Assembly: GCA_030248215.1 (NCBI GenBank)
Contig: JASANG010003810.1
Coordinates: forward strand, 614,864-634,863
DNA: 20,000 nt
Direction: 5' to 3'
From: Enoplolaimus lenunculus
Taxonomy: Eukaryota
Part shown: positions 1-10,954 of the stretch, piece by piece
Numbering within the stretch: position 1 is the stretch's first letter
Layout of the letters: each line of letters begins with the position of its first letter
Program-made: the position numbers and the translations under genes
The notes under the pieces: model-generated
Seen by the model: only the letters and a program-made list of their open reading frames with translations
Told to the model about the DNA's origin: nothing
Database searches by the model: none

Positions 1-318
1 TATGTCCATTTCAGCCGAATTGTTAGGTAGGTCACCATTATGAATGGTATAAGGTTTGTTATAACTTATGCCCGTATTTCCAAAAATGTGTGCAGTAGCC
101 TACGGCCAGTTTGTCATAGGACGCCTAGTTGTTTACCTGAAATTTAGTAAGCACCAGAATTAAGCTTATTTACGCATTTCATTCAACAAGAAAGTACGTG
201 GAATTACAGATTCGCAGCATTTACCGTTTGCTTGTTTGAAGGCCTAAGGCTAACTGGTAATAGGCGTTACACAGGAACTTGATCTGTTTGCGTAGAGTAG
301 CCGTTTGTTCCGTTACAT

Positions 319-504
319 GGCTAATGTAAACAACAGGGCCGTAGCTGTAGTAAAAGCATATTCCTAAGCCTAAGCTTGAGCGTAAGCTTAACCTTAAGAA
401 TAAGAATATAGCTAAGACTAAGCCTAAGCAAAAAAATAACTTAAAGCTTAAACTTAAGTCTATTTCAGTGTCACAGAAAACGCTTCCACCCCTGATCTTT
501 GCAT
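319..504 (-). mobile_element. Family B telomere-repeat MITE, degenerate right end (strand = strand reading TTAGGC)
   Basis: Left TIR ggctaatgtaaacaacagggcc, core gcatattcctaagcctaagc...gcctaagcaaaaaa...aagcttaaactta, right TIR remnant ttccacccctgatctttgcat. Matches the other B copies. Confidence 0.8.
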
Positions 505-736
505 AAATTTGTTATATGAGCCACAAAAAATGTTACTACGCGTTTATTGTCAAACTAACAAAGTGATGAATTGCAGAAATGTTTGCAGCGTGCAATATTG
601 CCACTTAACAATTATTTGTTGTCGCAATTTTTAAAATATAACAACTTTGTTTGCGCTAACGCTAAACTGCAATTGCATGATTGCACGTTGCTATATATAT
701 ACGTGTTCTATAAATAAAATATATATGTATATATAT

Positions 737-1155
737 CAGAGTTCCAACAGAAATTAAATTTAGCCGGCACAGGAACAGGAACAGGAATTGAATTTTTTTG
801 CAGGAACCGGAACAGGAACAGGAACCAGAATTCAAAATAATTTTCATCACCGAATTACTGTTTTACTTTTAAGAAAACTTGCCAAAAAATGGCTCAAGAA
901 AATTTTGAGCTACTTCATTAAGTTTTTCGAAAACACGTCAGGAACAATTTAGTAACAAAATTAAACAAGGTACACAAACACTCATTTTGACAAAACATTT
1001 TTTAAAGAAAACGTTTTCAATATTTAAATGATTACGAATAATTTGCCACAAAACCGTAAAAATCCCGGTTCCTGCATCTTTGAATGCAGGAACAGGAACA
1101 GGAATTGAATTTTTGCAGGAATTCCGGCCGGAACAAGAATTCCGGTTGAACCCTG
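737..1155. mobile_element. hAT-like MITE with (CAGGAA)n subterminal repeats, inserted in a TA-rich tract
   Basis: Termini cagagttccaacagaaatt and aattccggttgaaccctg form an imperfect TIR. Flanks atatatat/atatatac fit an 8-bp TSD but are low complexity. The block caggaacaggaacaggaattgaattttt(t)gcaggaa occurs twice. Confidence 0.7.
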
Positions 1156-1876
1156 ATATATACATACATATATATATTTGGCATTTTTAAATCGAGGTTT
1201 ATTCCAGATTTTGGTTAGAACGTTTATTAACGTATTGGTATTGTAGCCCTAGAAATCAATTTTTGGGTGTAAAATGATCTTGGCAGATGCGAGTCAATGA
1301 ACTAAGAACGCATTTACTAATAAAATGTTGATTTTGTGTAATTTCAGGCATGCCTTTGCTTGCATAATAAATCGTTCCGCAGTGTGGGGTGGCTATTGTC
1401 TCCTGTATCATGCTCCGTCGCCCTGTCCTGCCGGGTCACCCTAACTTGGTACATACACACAAAGTATAACTTGATTTAAGCTTAACCTATTCTAGTGCTT
1501 CAGTATCCTGGACGTTGAAGCCAAAAAGCTTCAGTGTGAAGGATGCTGAAACAAAAATGCTTCAGTGTCCATGACACTACCCCCTCAAAAGTCACCTAGT
1601 GTACGCATGTTATTGTGGAAGTTGCATTATTAAGTCTAGAATACTTAAGCTAACATGGATGTTTCCACTGGGACACCTTGCCATATACAGCGATGTATAA
1701 AGTACCCCCAACTGGTTCAACGTAATACAAAACTAATGAATGGCAATAGATGCTGCATACATTTGAGAATACAATTATTGCAATTTCAACTATAACCCAG
1801 TAGTTATACAAGCACGAATATAAATTAACTGGCTAATGTTAATTATGCGTTTCAGCCAGTTTCGACACAATGTGAT

Positions 1877-2071
1877 CAGTGCCGGAGCAGAGGCAGGGGT
1901 GGGGGCTCTCCCCAAACTCCGGGGTGGCGGCCCCCAAACTCGCGAGCGAAGCGAGCAAGAAGCCAAACGCATTTGAAAACTTAAGCGGGGGTTTTGTTTC
2001 AACCGGTTAGGGTGGGACCCCTTTAAGGGGGGGGCAAATTGGTGGTATGGAGAGTGGCTGCTCCGGCCCTG
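1877..2071. mobile_element. GC-rich hAT-like MITE
   Basis: TIR cagtgccggagcag / ctgctccggccctg (13/14) with 8-bp flanks aatgtgat / aatgtgac (7/8). Confidence 0.8.
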
Positions 2072-2102
2072 AATGTGACTGGGGGGCGCACAGACTGGTA
2101 AG

Positions 2103-2168
2103 CGTTAGTATTAGGTTTACGTTTAGATGTACGATTAGGTTTAGGTTCAGGCTTCGGCTTAGGCTTCG
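2103..2168 (+). repeat. Degenerate telomere-like hexamer tract (TTAGGT/TTAGGC variants)
   Basis: ttagtattaggtttacgtttagatgtacgattaggtttaggttcaggcttcggcttaggcttc has a 6-bp period. Confidence 0.6.
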
Positions 2169-2423
2169 CCGGCAAACTCGATAATTAAAATGAGCCAGCA
2201 AGGAGAAGTCCCGAAACTTGAACCCTATCTAAATATCAGGTTCTGCCTGGAGCGGTTGAATGTGATTTCCGGTCTGTGTGTATCGAGAGCTATTAGCTGA
2301 GTATAGCTGGGTTTAGGCTTTTTGTTTTTGCCTTTCTCCCGAACAAAACCATTCGTTGTAGCAGTTTTCAAGTGACGTTTGTGAGTTAATTAACTCTGCC
2401 GCAGTTCAGTTGAACCCGGCTTT

Positions 2424-2553
2424 CATATATACGCGAAAATATAGTTATATATATATATAAATATATATGTATATATATAAATTTATATACATATTTATAT
2501 TTACATATAGATAAGTAAATTTAAATAAATAAATAAATATATATAGATATATA
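2424..2553. repeat. AT/TA microsatellite and low-complexity tract
   Basis: Interrupted (TA)n and (TAAA)n runs. Confidence 0.85.
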
Positions 2554-2589
2554 GAATTGAGATTTATATGTTCGGCACAGATATAGCAC

Positions 2590-2983
2590 CGGAAGCGTAG
2601 CCAGGATCTTAATTTCGGAGAAATTTAAGTAAAAAAATATTATTCGACAATTAGAATAGAAGATATTTCAAATGTATTAAAAAATTTTGGATGGGAATAT
2701 ACCCTTTCTACACTGTAAACTTCAGTGACTTAATTTTAACTCAGAATGAGTTGAATGAAACTAACAGGTCTGAGCTCTAAATTAAGTCGGTAAGAAGCCA
2801 TAATTCTGAATTGATTGCGCTCATTCTGAGTTTAATCAACTTTAATCGGAATTAAAATCAGCTCAGAGTGAATTGTTTTCTGTTTTAGCTCAGAAATATC
2901 CAGAAATAACCAATTTTCTCACTGAGTTGATTAATCAACTCATTGGAATTTACAATGTATCCCACCACTTATATGCGCCCATG
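2590..2983. mobile_element. Old hAT-like MITE (family E, 'GCGTAGCCAG' terminus) with a nested family A insertion
   Basis: Left end cggaagcgtagccaggat, right end atatgcgcccatg, flanks tatagcac / tatagtaa (6/8). The same terminal motif occurs at 15006, 17924 and 19349. Confidence 0.55.
2711..2957 (-). mobile_element. Family A MITE (CACTG termini; + is defined as starting cactgtaaattccaatgagttgatt)
   Basis: cactgtaaacttcagtg...tcaactcattggaatttacaatg, flanked TA/TA. Confidence 0.88.
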
Positions 2984-3228
2984 TATAGTAATGGATCCCC
3001 ACCAAAATCTTAGTCTTCAGTGTTATAAGATGTACAAAGAATCAATTTAAAGAGTTTTGATTTATTAATGCAAAAGCTTACAAAATTTGCCATCTATAGC
3101 GATCGGTGGTATACACATTTGAGAATATTTCTTTTAAACACAAACCAGTTTTTCTTTCGGTTTAAAATCATTGAAAATTTTGACCCCAGGCCGATCTAAG
3201 GGTGTCACTCATGCCTGATTGAAATTTT

Positions 3229-3362
3229 TGGACTCTAATTAGAGTTTAGGAACTCTATCCGCTTACGGGCTCTTATTACGGATACAAACTCCTATTGATT
3301 GGGACTCAAAATGGGGACCCCCCTCTTATTACCCCACACCTCTTATTCAGGTCATTGCAGTA
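3229..3362 (+). mobile_element. Family C element, right-end fragment
   Basis: Highly similar to 14574-14704 (ggactctaattag...ctctatccgcttacgg...ctcctattgattgggactc...tcttattcaggtcattgcag). Confidence 0.8.
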
Positions 3363-3368
3363 ACTAAC

Positions 3369-3472
3369 AATGAGTTTAATGAAGTCAGAATTTTGAGTTC
3401 TGAAAGTCCAAATTTCAGAATCAGTGATTCTACTCATTCTAAATTAAAATTAATTCACTGCAATTTACAGTG
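3369..3472 (+). mobile_element. Family A MITE, right-half fragment
   Basis: ...ttttgagttctgaaagtcc...taattcactgcaatttacagtg followed by TA. Confidence 0.75.
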
Positions 3473-3898
3473 TACCCATCTAAAACATTTCTGGTTCCGC
3501 CTCTGCCTTTATCTTTTTTTAAAATCTATTATTTCCGTTGAGTACGTAGTTGGAATGAAAGTCAGACGCATATAAGGAAGTTACTTGACTTTATTTTGGA
3601 GCCCACGCAAATATTGCTTATTTTGGTCTTCTATTTTCCATATCAAATACCACAGGTTAGGTATCTAATTTATTACCACTGTAACGTGTCTAAGAAAATC
3701 TACAATTGATAATAAAATAATATGACTTATGAAGATAAGTTACGCCGTATTCTGTCTGATTGGTTTGATTCGTCTAAACACAATCGAATCTAATGGGAGT
3801 GAGTGGAGGGATACGTCCGCCCTCTTGAAAAAAATTTAGTGATAAATTAGTAAAGGTCCTTACCTTTCAAATTTTCAATTTTGCGCGATGCATATAGA

Positions 3899-4149
3899 CA
3901 CTGTAAATTCCAATGAGTTGATTAATCAGTTCAGCTGGCGAGTTGGATATTTCTGAATTAATATCAGTAAACATTAACTCACTCTGAGTTGAGTTGATTC
4001 CAATTCTGAGTTGAGTTGACTTTGGGTGAGTTGATTAATTAACTCAGAATGATAGAATCAATCCAAAATTTTGAGTTCTGATGGTTCTAACTCAGACTGA
4101 GTGATTCAAATCATTTTGAGTTGATAGCAGCTCACTGAAATTTACAGTT
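3899..4149 (+). mobile_element. Family A MITE
   Basis: cactgtaaattccaatgagttgattaatc...ctcactgaaatttacagtt. The body is collinear with 6230-6454 and 10231-10484. Confidence 0.9.
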
Positions 4150-4164
4150 TACTAAGCTATTTAT

Positions 4165-4437
4165 CAGGCGTGTAAACGCATACTAAAAATATCGGAAACG
4201 GAAACAGAAAACGGATTTTGATACTGAAGTATAAATGCACTAAAATTTTTTTAAGATTTTGGATGAATGTCATAATTTTTACTTCATATCGAACAAATGA
4301 AAAATTGCAAGATATATACGTGATTTATAGCTAATTTTGAACATTAAATTAACAAAATTTCCGGTATTTCTATAACGAAAACAGAAACCGACACCGATTT
4401 TCACCGGAAACAGAAACGGATATCCGGTTACACCCTG
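4165..4437. mobile_element. hAT-like MITE with GGAAAC/AGAAAC subterminal repeats
   Basis: Termini caggcgtgtaaacgcata and tatccggttacaccctg, flanks ctatttat / ctgtatat (6/8). A related fragment lies at ~11920-12009. Confidence 0.65.
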
Positions 4438-4662
4438 CTGTATATATTAGGACTGGTCGAGTGTGAGAGCTTAATAAAATTTTGTCTGCGGCTTTATTTA
4501 TGGGCAGATTCAATGAAAGGCTAGTAAATCTACAAACGAACCGCTAGAACTTCGTTGATTCGAATCTGTAGCCATTTTGTGGTTTGCATGTTTAAAAACT
4601 GCTTTCGTTCACTTAAATGTTTTTGTAAGAATTCAAATTAAGGGTTGCGATATTCTTGTTTT

Positions 4663-5010
4663 ACGGCGCCGTTCGTCACCCGTCTGCCGGCGTCTGTCAT
4701 TTGTCCGTCACCCGTCCGGCGACGTCCGTCATTCATCCCGCCGTCCGTCATCCGTCCGTCACCCATCCGCCGCCGCCCGTCATCCGTCCGCCACCGATAC
4801 GGTGACGTCCGTCACCCGTTCATTACCCGTACGGCGCCGTCCGTCACCCATACGGCACGAGTCGTGACCCGTATGGCGCCGTCCGTCACCGTACGACACA
4901 GCGCATCACCGTCCAGAACCATACGGCATCGTACGCGTGAAATTCGCGTACGATACTGCTCTGTGCCGCATGATGGCCGAAAGCGTCGTACAGGTGACGG
5001 ACGGTGCCTG
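4663..5010 (+). repeat. CpG-rich repeat of ~21-bp units (ACGGCGCCGTCCGTCACCCGT) and CCGT tetramers, probably subterminal repeats of a decayed DNA transposon
   Basis: Units at about 4663, 4799, 4831, 4852 and 4873, plus one inverted unit ggtgacggacggtgcc ending in cctg at ~4993-5010. Confidence 0.75.
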
Positions 5011-5441
5011 AGGGGCCATAAAATCATTAAAACGTATAGCATAACCTTTAAGCTACTATTTCACAGCTGAGTCCATGGCACCGTAAACTAAAATACAACC
5101 TATCATAAACATTACGTCAGCGTTCAAATCGGCCTGTCAAAGACCCTGGTGGCTAAAGCATGGAATATTGTGTCCGTAGTTTCCTCGTCATGTAAATATG
5201 TTTTGATTATTAAATAGCCTAAAACCATGCTGAAAAATAGTGTCTGTGTAAAATTTCAAATATAGAATTTGAAATATTTTTAAATTTTGAATTTTATTCC
5301 AACGGTTTTGTTGAAATTAATTTTATTCTAAATCGTTTAAGGCTTCGTAGAATCCGGACTGGTTTTGGTATACCGAGAGATAAATATATCTTGTGTATAG
5401 TGAAATAAACCGTTGGAGGAGCTAGAATTTATGGGGAGACG

Positions 5442-5632
5442 GGTCAATGTATAAAACAAGGCCGGAACGGTAGTACAAGCATATGCCTAAGCGTAAACGT
5501 AAGCTTAAGCCTAAACCTAAGCGTAACAATGAGTCTATTCCTAAACCTGAGCAAAAAAATTAGTCTAAAGCTTAAGCTTACTGTATTTCAATCCTGCCGG
5601 AAAACGTTTCGGCCCTGTTCTATACATGGGCC
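5442..5632 (-). mobile_element. Family B telomere-repeat MITE
   Basis: TIRs ggtcaatgtataaaacaaggccggaacg / cgtttcggccctgttctatacatgggcc, GCCTAA-variant core, 8-bp flanks gggagacg / gggggacg (7/8). Confidence 0.9.
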
Positions 5633-5681
5633 GGGGGACGGATGATTTATAGTTTGAATCTTTTCGGTAAATCTCCCCTCC

Positions 5682-5826
5682 AGCCGACGTTTGCCCAAAA
5701 ATGGCTTAATTTTGAATTTTTTGCATATTTAAGCTTCGCTTGACGTCTCTTGGTTATGTCACGCTTAAATTTGAAGGTTTGAATAAACTCGATGTTTAAG
5801 GTGCCAAGGTCCTCCCATAGGGACCC
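5682..5826 (+). repeat. Unclassified dispersed repeat (family F) fragment
   Basis: Similar to the reverse complement of 15121-15261 (cgtttgc...ttttgaa..tttttgcatatt.aagcttc..tgac.tc...gggac). Confidence 0.65.
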
Positions 5827-6020
5827 AAAAAAATTTTGTCAAAAACATAGATTATTTACCACTCGACGCAACTGCGGAGTTGAGTCAAAAGGTGCAGAAA
5901 TTCGACGGGTTGTCTAGTTTCGCCCTAATCGACTCCAGCGTGACGTCACAGCCGATCGTTGCTAAAACTAAAGTTCAGACTAATCAGCACACTTTCTACC
6001 TCTACAACAACACCGATGCA

Positions 6021-6203
6021 CACTGTAAATCCTGATGAGTTGATTAATTAGAGAGAATTAGTTATTTGTGGCTATTTCTGAGTTAACAGGATGAGTTAAA
6101 TCAATTCAGATTTCTGCGTTCTAGATGACTTAATTCAGAATTCAGACCACTGAGTGGATTCAAGTCTTTCTGAGTTATAATCTACTCACTGGAGTTTAGA
6201 GTG
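6021..6203 (+). mobile_element. Family A MITE, internally deleted and diverged
   Basis: cactgtaaatcctgatgagttgattaat...ctcactggagtttagagtg, flanked CA/CA. Confidence 0.8.
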
Positions 6204-6229
6204 CAATTGCATCGCGCATGTATTCGCTG

Positions 6230-6454
6230 CACTGTAAATTCCAATGAGTTGATTAATCAATTCAACTAGCGAGTTGATTATTTCTGAATTAATATCAGTA
6301 AACATTAATTCACTCTGAGTTGAGTTGACTCTGTGTGAGTTGATTAATTTAAATCAGAATGAATTGAGTCAACTCACAATTCTGAGTTCTGATAGTCCTA
6401 ACTCAGACTGAGTGATTCAATTGAGTTAAAATCAATTCACTGAAATTTACAGTG
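6230..6454 (+). mobile_element. Family A MITE
   Basis: cactgtaaattccaatgagttgatt...aatcaattcactgaaatttacagtg, flanked TG/TG. Confidence 0.92.
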
Positions 6455-6777
6455 TGGTGAATTAACCAGCCGGTACCCAGTCGCCTATTGCGTAAAACGA
6501 GTACGTAAGTCTCAATCGGAGCAAACTGAGGCATTGTCAAACCGGAATCTAAACTTAGAAATCTACAGATTATAACTCGGCGAGATTAAAACTTCACAAC
6601 GACTCCGATTGCTTGAGGTGACTCGAGCTGAGCGAGCAATAGAAGATATCAGGACGTGTCATGCGAGTGCAAAAATCTTCGAAATTTACCCAGTCCAACA
6701 GAGGAATGTCGGCTGCGCTCGCTAAAATCAAATCTGTGAGTCGCGACAGCTTGGACACTTCCAACATCTGGACTAGA

Positions 6778-7003
6778 CACTGTAAATTCTAATGAGTCGA
6801 TAATTTAGCTAGCGAGTTGGTTAATTTTGAATTAATATCAATAAACATTAAGATACTCTGAGTTGAGTTGACACATGGTGAGTTGGTTAATTAACTCAGA
6901 ATGAATTGAATCAAGTCCAAATTCTGAGTTGTGATAGTTATAAACTCAGACGGAGTGATTCAACTCATCGTGAGTTGAAATCAACTCACTGAAATTTACA
7001 GTG
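6778..7003 (+). mobile_element. Family A MITE
   Basis: cactgtaaattctaatgagtc...tcaactcactgaaatttacagtg. Flanks GA/AA do not match. Confidence 0.9.
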
Positions 7004-7148
7004 AACTCGGATGCCAGAGGATAAATCTGGCCAAATATCGTTGTCAGCTGTCTAACATTTCACGCTGGTAAACCTTGTTTTCAAGAACGTTGCCAAATTT
7101 TTGGTTCGATTGGATGTAAAACGGAACTTTAAACTTTTACACAGCCTA

Positions 7149-7423
7149 CACTGTTAAACGCAATGAGTTGACTAATTAACTCAGTTGGTGGGTTCGTGAT
7201 TTCTGAGTTAACAGTGAACATTAACTTACTCTGAGTTTAGTTGACGCTCACTCTGAGTTGAGCTGACTCTGACTTTGAGTTGACTCGGCTCCGCGTGAGT
7301 CGTTTAATTAACTCAGAAAAAAGTTGTATCAACTCAAAATTTTGAATTCTGATAGTCCTAACTCACACTGAGTAATTTGTTCTCATTTTGACAGTTAAAA
7401 GTAACTCACTGGAATTTATAGTG
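7149..7423 (+). mobile_element. Family A MITE with an extra internal ~21-bp TGAGTTGAG unit
   Basis: cactgttaaacgcaatgagttg...actcactggaatttatagtg, flanks TA/TG. Confidence 0.87.
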
Positions 7424-7624
7424 TGCAAACCTCGAAAAGTTTTCAGAAACCTGTTCAAAGTGTTTTATTTGTGAGTTTTTTTTGCATACAGGGCACCGAA
7501 ATATATCCTTGTACCTCAAACTCATGTATTGCTGCCCACTGAGTATTAGCTATGTAATTTTCATTTGATCACATTAATGGAGTCTGAATTATCACGCAGG
7601 TTTATAGTTTTTCTTATTAATTTG

Positions 7625-7784
7625 GGCCAATGTAAAGAACAGGGTCGGAACAGTTTTATAAGCATATTCTTAAGCCTAACTCTAAGCCTAAGCCTAAGTC
7701 AAGCAAATAAATTAGGCTAAAGCTTAAGCTTACTCTATTGCAGTCCCGCACAAAAACGTTCCGCCCCTGATTTTTACGTGGGCC
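7625..7784 (-). mobile_element. Family B telomere-repeat MITE (short core)
   Basis: TIRs ggccaatgtaaagaacagggtcggaac / gttccgcccctgatttttacgtgggcc, flanks ttaatttg / ttaaattg (7/8). Confidence 0.9.
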
Positions 7785-7993
7785 TTAAATTGTCACCCGT
7801 TGCTATTATATGCTAATTGAATCTTTGAATCGTTGAAAATCAAAATTAAGATCATAAATTCACTTTTAATACCTATTATGCCTTATTGAAATTACCAAAA
7901 GCACCAGTATTTTTGTTGTTCCGCTTCAAATAAACAGTTTTTTAGAAAACTGCATACTGGTTTAGCTTGCAGCAAGCACCACTAATTTCTGTA

Positions 7994-8033
7994 CACTGTA
8001 AATTTCAATGAGTTGATTTCACCTCAGACTGAG
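7994..8033 (-). mobile_element. Family A terminal fragment
   Basis: ta|cactgtaaatttcaatgagttgatttcacctcagactgag, after which similarity stops. Confidence 0.65.
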
Positions 8034-8196
8034 GTCCCTGGACATCATAATTTTTACCCTCAACAAATTTTTTAGTGATAAAATAATTAAGTCCCTACCT
8101 TATAATTTTTCGTTGTCCTTGGCACATATGTAGCATTTTGCCAGTCAGAAATTTCCGCCTCCGCGTCTGCTTGAATGTAAAAAGAAAAAAATCAAC

Positions 8197-8389
8197 GGGC
8201 CATGCATAGAACAGGGCCAGATCGTTTTCCGGCGGGTCTGTAATAGAGTCAGATTAAGCTTTAGACTAACTTTTTTGCTTAGGCTTTAGGCTTAGAAATA
8301 GGCTCATCCTTTACGCTCAGGCTTAGGTTTAAACTTAGGCTTAGGAATATGCTTATACTACTGTTGCGGCCCTGTGCTATACATTGGCC
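8197..8389 (+). mobile_element. Family B telomere-repeat MITE
   Basis: TIRs gggccatgcatagaacagggcc / ggccctgtgctatacattggcc, TTAGGC core, flanks aaatcaac / aagtcaac (7/8). Confidence 0.9.
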
Positions 8390-8680
8390 AAGTCAACGTT
8401 CATTGTTTTTGTCATAAACTCGGTCTGAAGTACAATTATCTTTGGCAATAAAAACAACTGGTTAATCAACATTTTTGATGATGGTTCCAAAATAGCAGCT
8501 AAGCTGTGGGTGGGTTAGCCAGTTTTTAGGCAAGCTATGATTAACCAGTTTTTAGACAAATCTTTCTTGCAAATCACATGGTTTAAAGCGTAGCCTAGGA
8601 AGCGGCCAGCTTTATGATGTGGGAACGTTTGGTTTAAATTTGGCTCAGCCACGAACCAGAGACTGTTAATAGTCGGTATA

Positions 8681-8936
8681 CACTATATAAATTCCTATGA
8701 GTTGATTAATCAACTCAGATAGCGAATTAGTTATTTCGTGGTTATTTCTGAGTTAATAACAGTAAACATTAACTCACTCTGAGCTAATTTAATTCTGGGT
8801 TACTTGATCAATTAACTCAGAATGAGAGTTAAATCAATTCAGAATTCTGAATTCTGAAAGACCTAATTCAGAGCTCACACTTCTGAGTGGATTCAGCTCA
8901 TTCTGAGTTAAAATCAACTCACAGAAATTTACAGTG
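8681..8936 (+). mobile_element. Family A MITE (subfamily with gacctaattcagagctca)
   Basis: cactatataaattcctatgagttgattaatcaactca...tcaactcacagaaatttacagtg, flanked TA/TA. Confidence 0.9.
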
Positions 8937-9028
8937 TAATAGCGCGACGCTAACATCGCCAATTAGCAAAACTTAACAGCATTTGATTGTGCGCATCCCA
9001 GAAGAACCAAAACAAAACTGCCCACGTA

Positions 9029-9280
9029 CACTGTAAATGTCAGTGAGTTGATTTTAACTCAGAATGAGTTGAATCACTCAGTCTGAGTTAGGACTATCAG
9101 AACTAAGAATTTTGAGTTGATTCAATTCATTCCGAGTTAATTAACCAACCCGCCCAGAGTCAATTCAACTCAGCTTGAGAATGAAATCAACTCAGAGTGA
9201 GTTTATCTTTACTGATATTAATTCAGAAATATCCAACTCGCTAGCTGAATTGATTAATCAACTCATTTGAATTTGCAGTG
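9029..9280 (-). mobile_element. Family A MITE
   Basis: cactgtaaatgtcagtgagttgatt...tcaactcatttgaatttgcagtg, flanked TA/TA. Confidence 0.92.
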
Positions 9281-9625
9281 TATATCTTTATCAAAACTAG
9301 CCTACCACCCTTTTGCCTCGCTATCTTGATACCCCTCAAACCACAGGAATATATGCAAATTGTTCCATCCTGAAAACCACCAGACAAACAACTATACGAA
9401 CCAGATACCTTAAAAAGCCTACGCCCATCCAAACCGAGATGGACTGATCCTTCAAAGATATTTTAAATTGGCCTGCACAGCGGGACAACGGAAAAATTTC
9501 CAGTAGAATTTGATGTAGTCAAACAATTTTCGTTCAGCGGAACCGTAACATTTCAGTTACTGGGTTTCGTCTCCCTGTGCAGTTGATGTTATTGTCATTT
9601 GCGGTTACCTCCGAAGCAGAAAATA

Positions 9626-9877
9626 CACTGTAAATTTCAGTGAGTTGATTTTAACTCAGAAAGAGTTGAATCACTCAGTCTGAGTTAGGACTATGAGAAC
9701 TCAAGATTTTGAATTGATTCAATTCATTCTGAGTTAATTAATCAACTCACCCAAAGTCAACTCAACTCAGAATGAGAATCAACTCAACTCAGAGTGAGTC
9801 AATGTTTACTGATATTAATTCAGAAATAACCAACTCGCTAGCTGAAATGATTTATCAACTCGTTGCAATTTACAGTG
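9626..9877 (-). mobile_element. Family A MITE
   Basis: cactgtaaatttcagtgagttgatt...caactcgttgcaatttacagtg, flanked TA/TA. Same length (252 bp) as, and collinear with, 9029-9280. Confidence 0.92.
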
Positions 9878-10230
9878 TAACCGGCAAATGTAATTTTCAG
9901 AAACGGACGAGGATGCCGCGGGATCCATTGGGCCTGCTCCGACCCGGATTCGTAGTCACAGACGCTGGTCAGGGGCGCTAAAGCCGCGCCAGAAAAATTT
10001 TGGTTCCCATTAGAAAAGTTTTTAGCTTAGCTTGTAAGCTTGTTATTTTGTGACTGAAAGCCCGTCGTGAAATAAATTTGGCCTCACCTGGCGAGTTCAG
10101 CTTATTACTGGCGTATTGCGGTCTGTGGAGTGGCTTCCGATGGATGTTCTAAGTAACTTACCGTTACCTCCGTTCCAACGAAATATAATTTTGCCCAACG
10201 AGCCAAAATTATTCGGGTGCCGCTTGATTG

Positions 10231-10484
10231 CACTGTAAATTCCAATAAGTTGATTAATCAATTCAGCTAGCGAGTTGGTTATTTCTGAATTAATATCAGT
10301 AAACATTAATTCACTCTGAGTTGAGTTGATTTTCGTTCTGAGTTGAGTTGACTCCGGGTGAGCTGACTAAATTAACTCATAACGAATTGAATCAACTCAA
10401 AATTCTGCGTTCTGATAGTCCTAACTCAGACTGAGTGATTCAACTCATTCTGAGTTAAAATCAACTCGTCTGAAATTTACAGTG
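10231..10484 (+). mobile_element. Family A MITE
   Basis: cactgtaaattccaataagttgatt...tctgaaatttacagtg, flanked TG/TG. Confidence 0.92.
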
Positions 10485-10712
10485 TGGGCTCCTCTGATCA
10501 GGTATATAAACTGGTGGCTAATCGAGACTTGATGCCAACAGTAACCAATAAACACAGCGGTGCGCTTTTATACTATCACGAGAACAGGTTTAATCTGACC
10601 AAGGGCTTGTAGCGGTTGGATATCACCGGGACCACTGTAATTCCGTCTAGCAACCGGGTAATGTTAGCAAAGGACGCTACGGCAGTGCTAGTGGGACAAG
10701 CGAAAATTTTTT

Positions 10713-10891
10713 GGCATACCATGTACTTTCAGGGGCGTCCAGGTTTCTGGTGGGTCTATGAAAGAGTAGGTTTAGATTCTAGATGACATTTTTTTGCTTA
10801 GGCTTAAGTTTAGGAACACATTTTTGCAACGCTTAGGTTTAGGCTTAGACTCGCTTAATTTGCTGTTGCGCCCCTTAAAGTAACATTGGCC
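10713..10891 (+). mobile_element. Family B' (sister subfamily) telomere-repeat MITE
   Basis: Right TIR cgccccttaaagtaacattggcc and degenerate left end ggcataccatgtactttcaggggcg. The body is collinear with 13839-14048. Confidence 0.82.
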
Positions 10892-10954
10892 GAATTTTTT
10901 TAATGTTGTCAAACAAGATGCACCGCAGAAAGCGAACTTCGTCACCCCCTGCTG

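Noticed and set aside
1497..1579. Three ~31-bp GCTTCAGT...CTGAA units
   Set aside because: A short degenerate tandem repeat with no TIR/TSD frame established.
4577..5070. Arg/Pro/Ser-rich ORFs
   Set aside because: They stay open only because the GC-rich repeat lacks stops, and no domain is recognisable.
9772..10306. Two ORFs sharing MFTDINSEITNSLAE
   Set aside because: Both read out of inverted family A MITE copies and are not paralogous genes.
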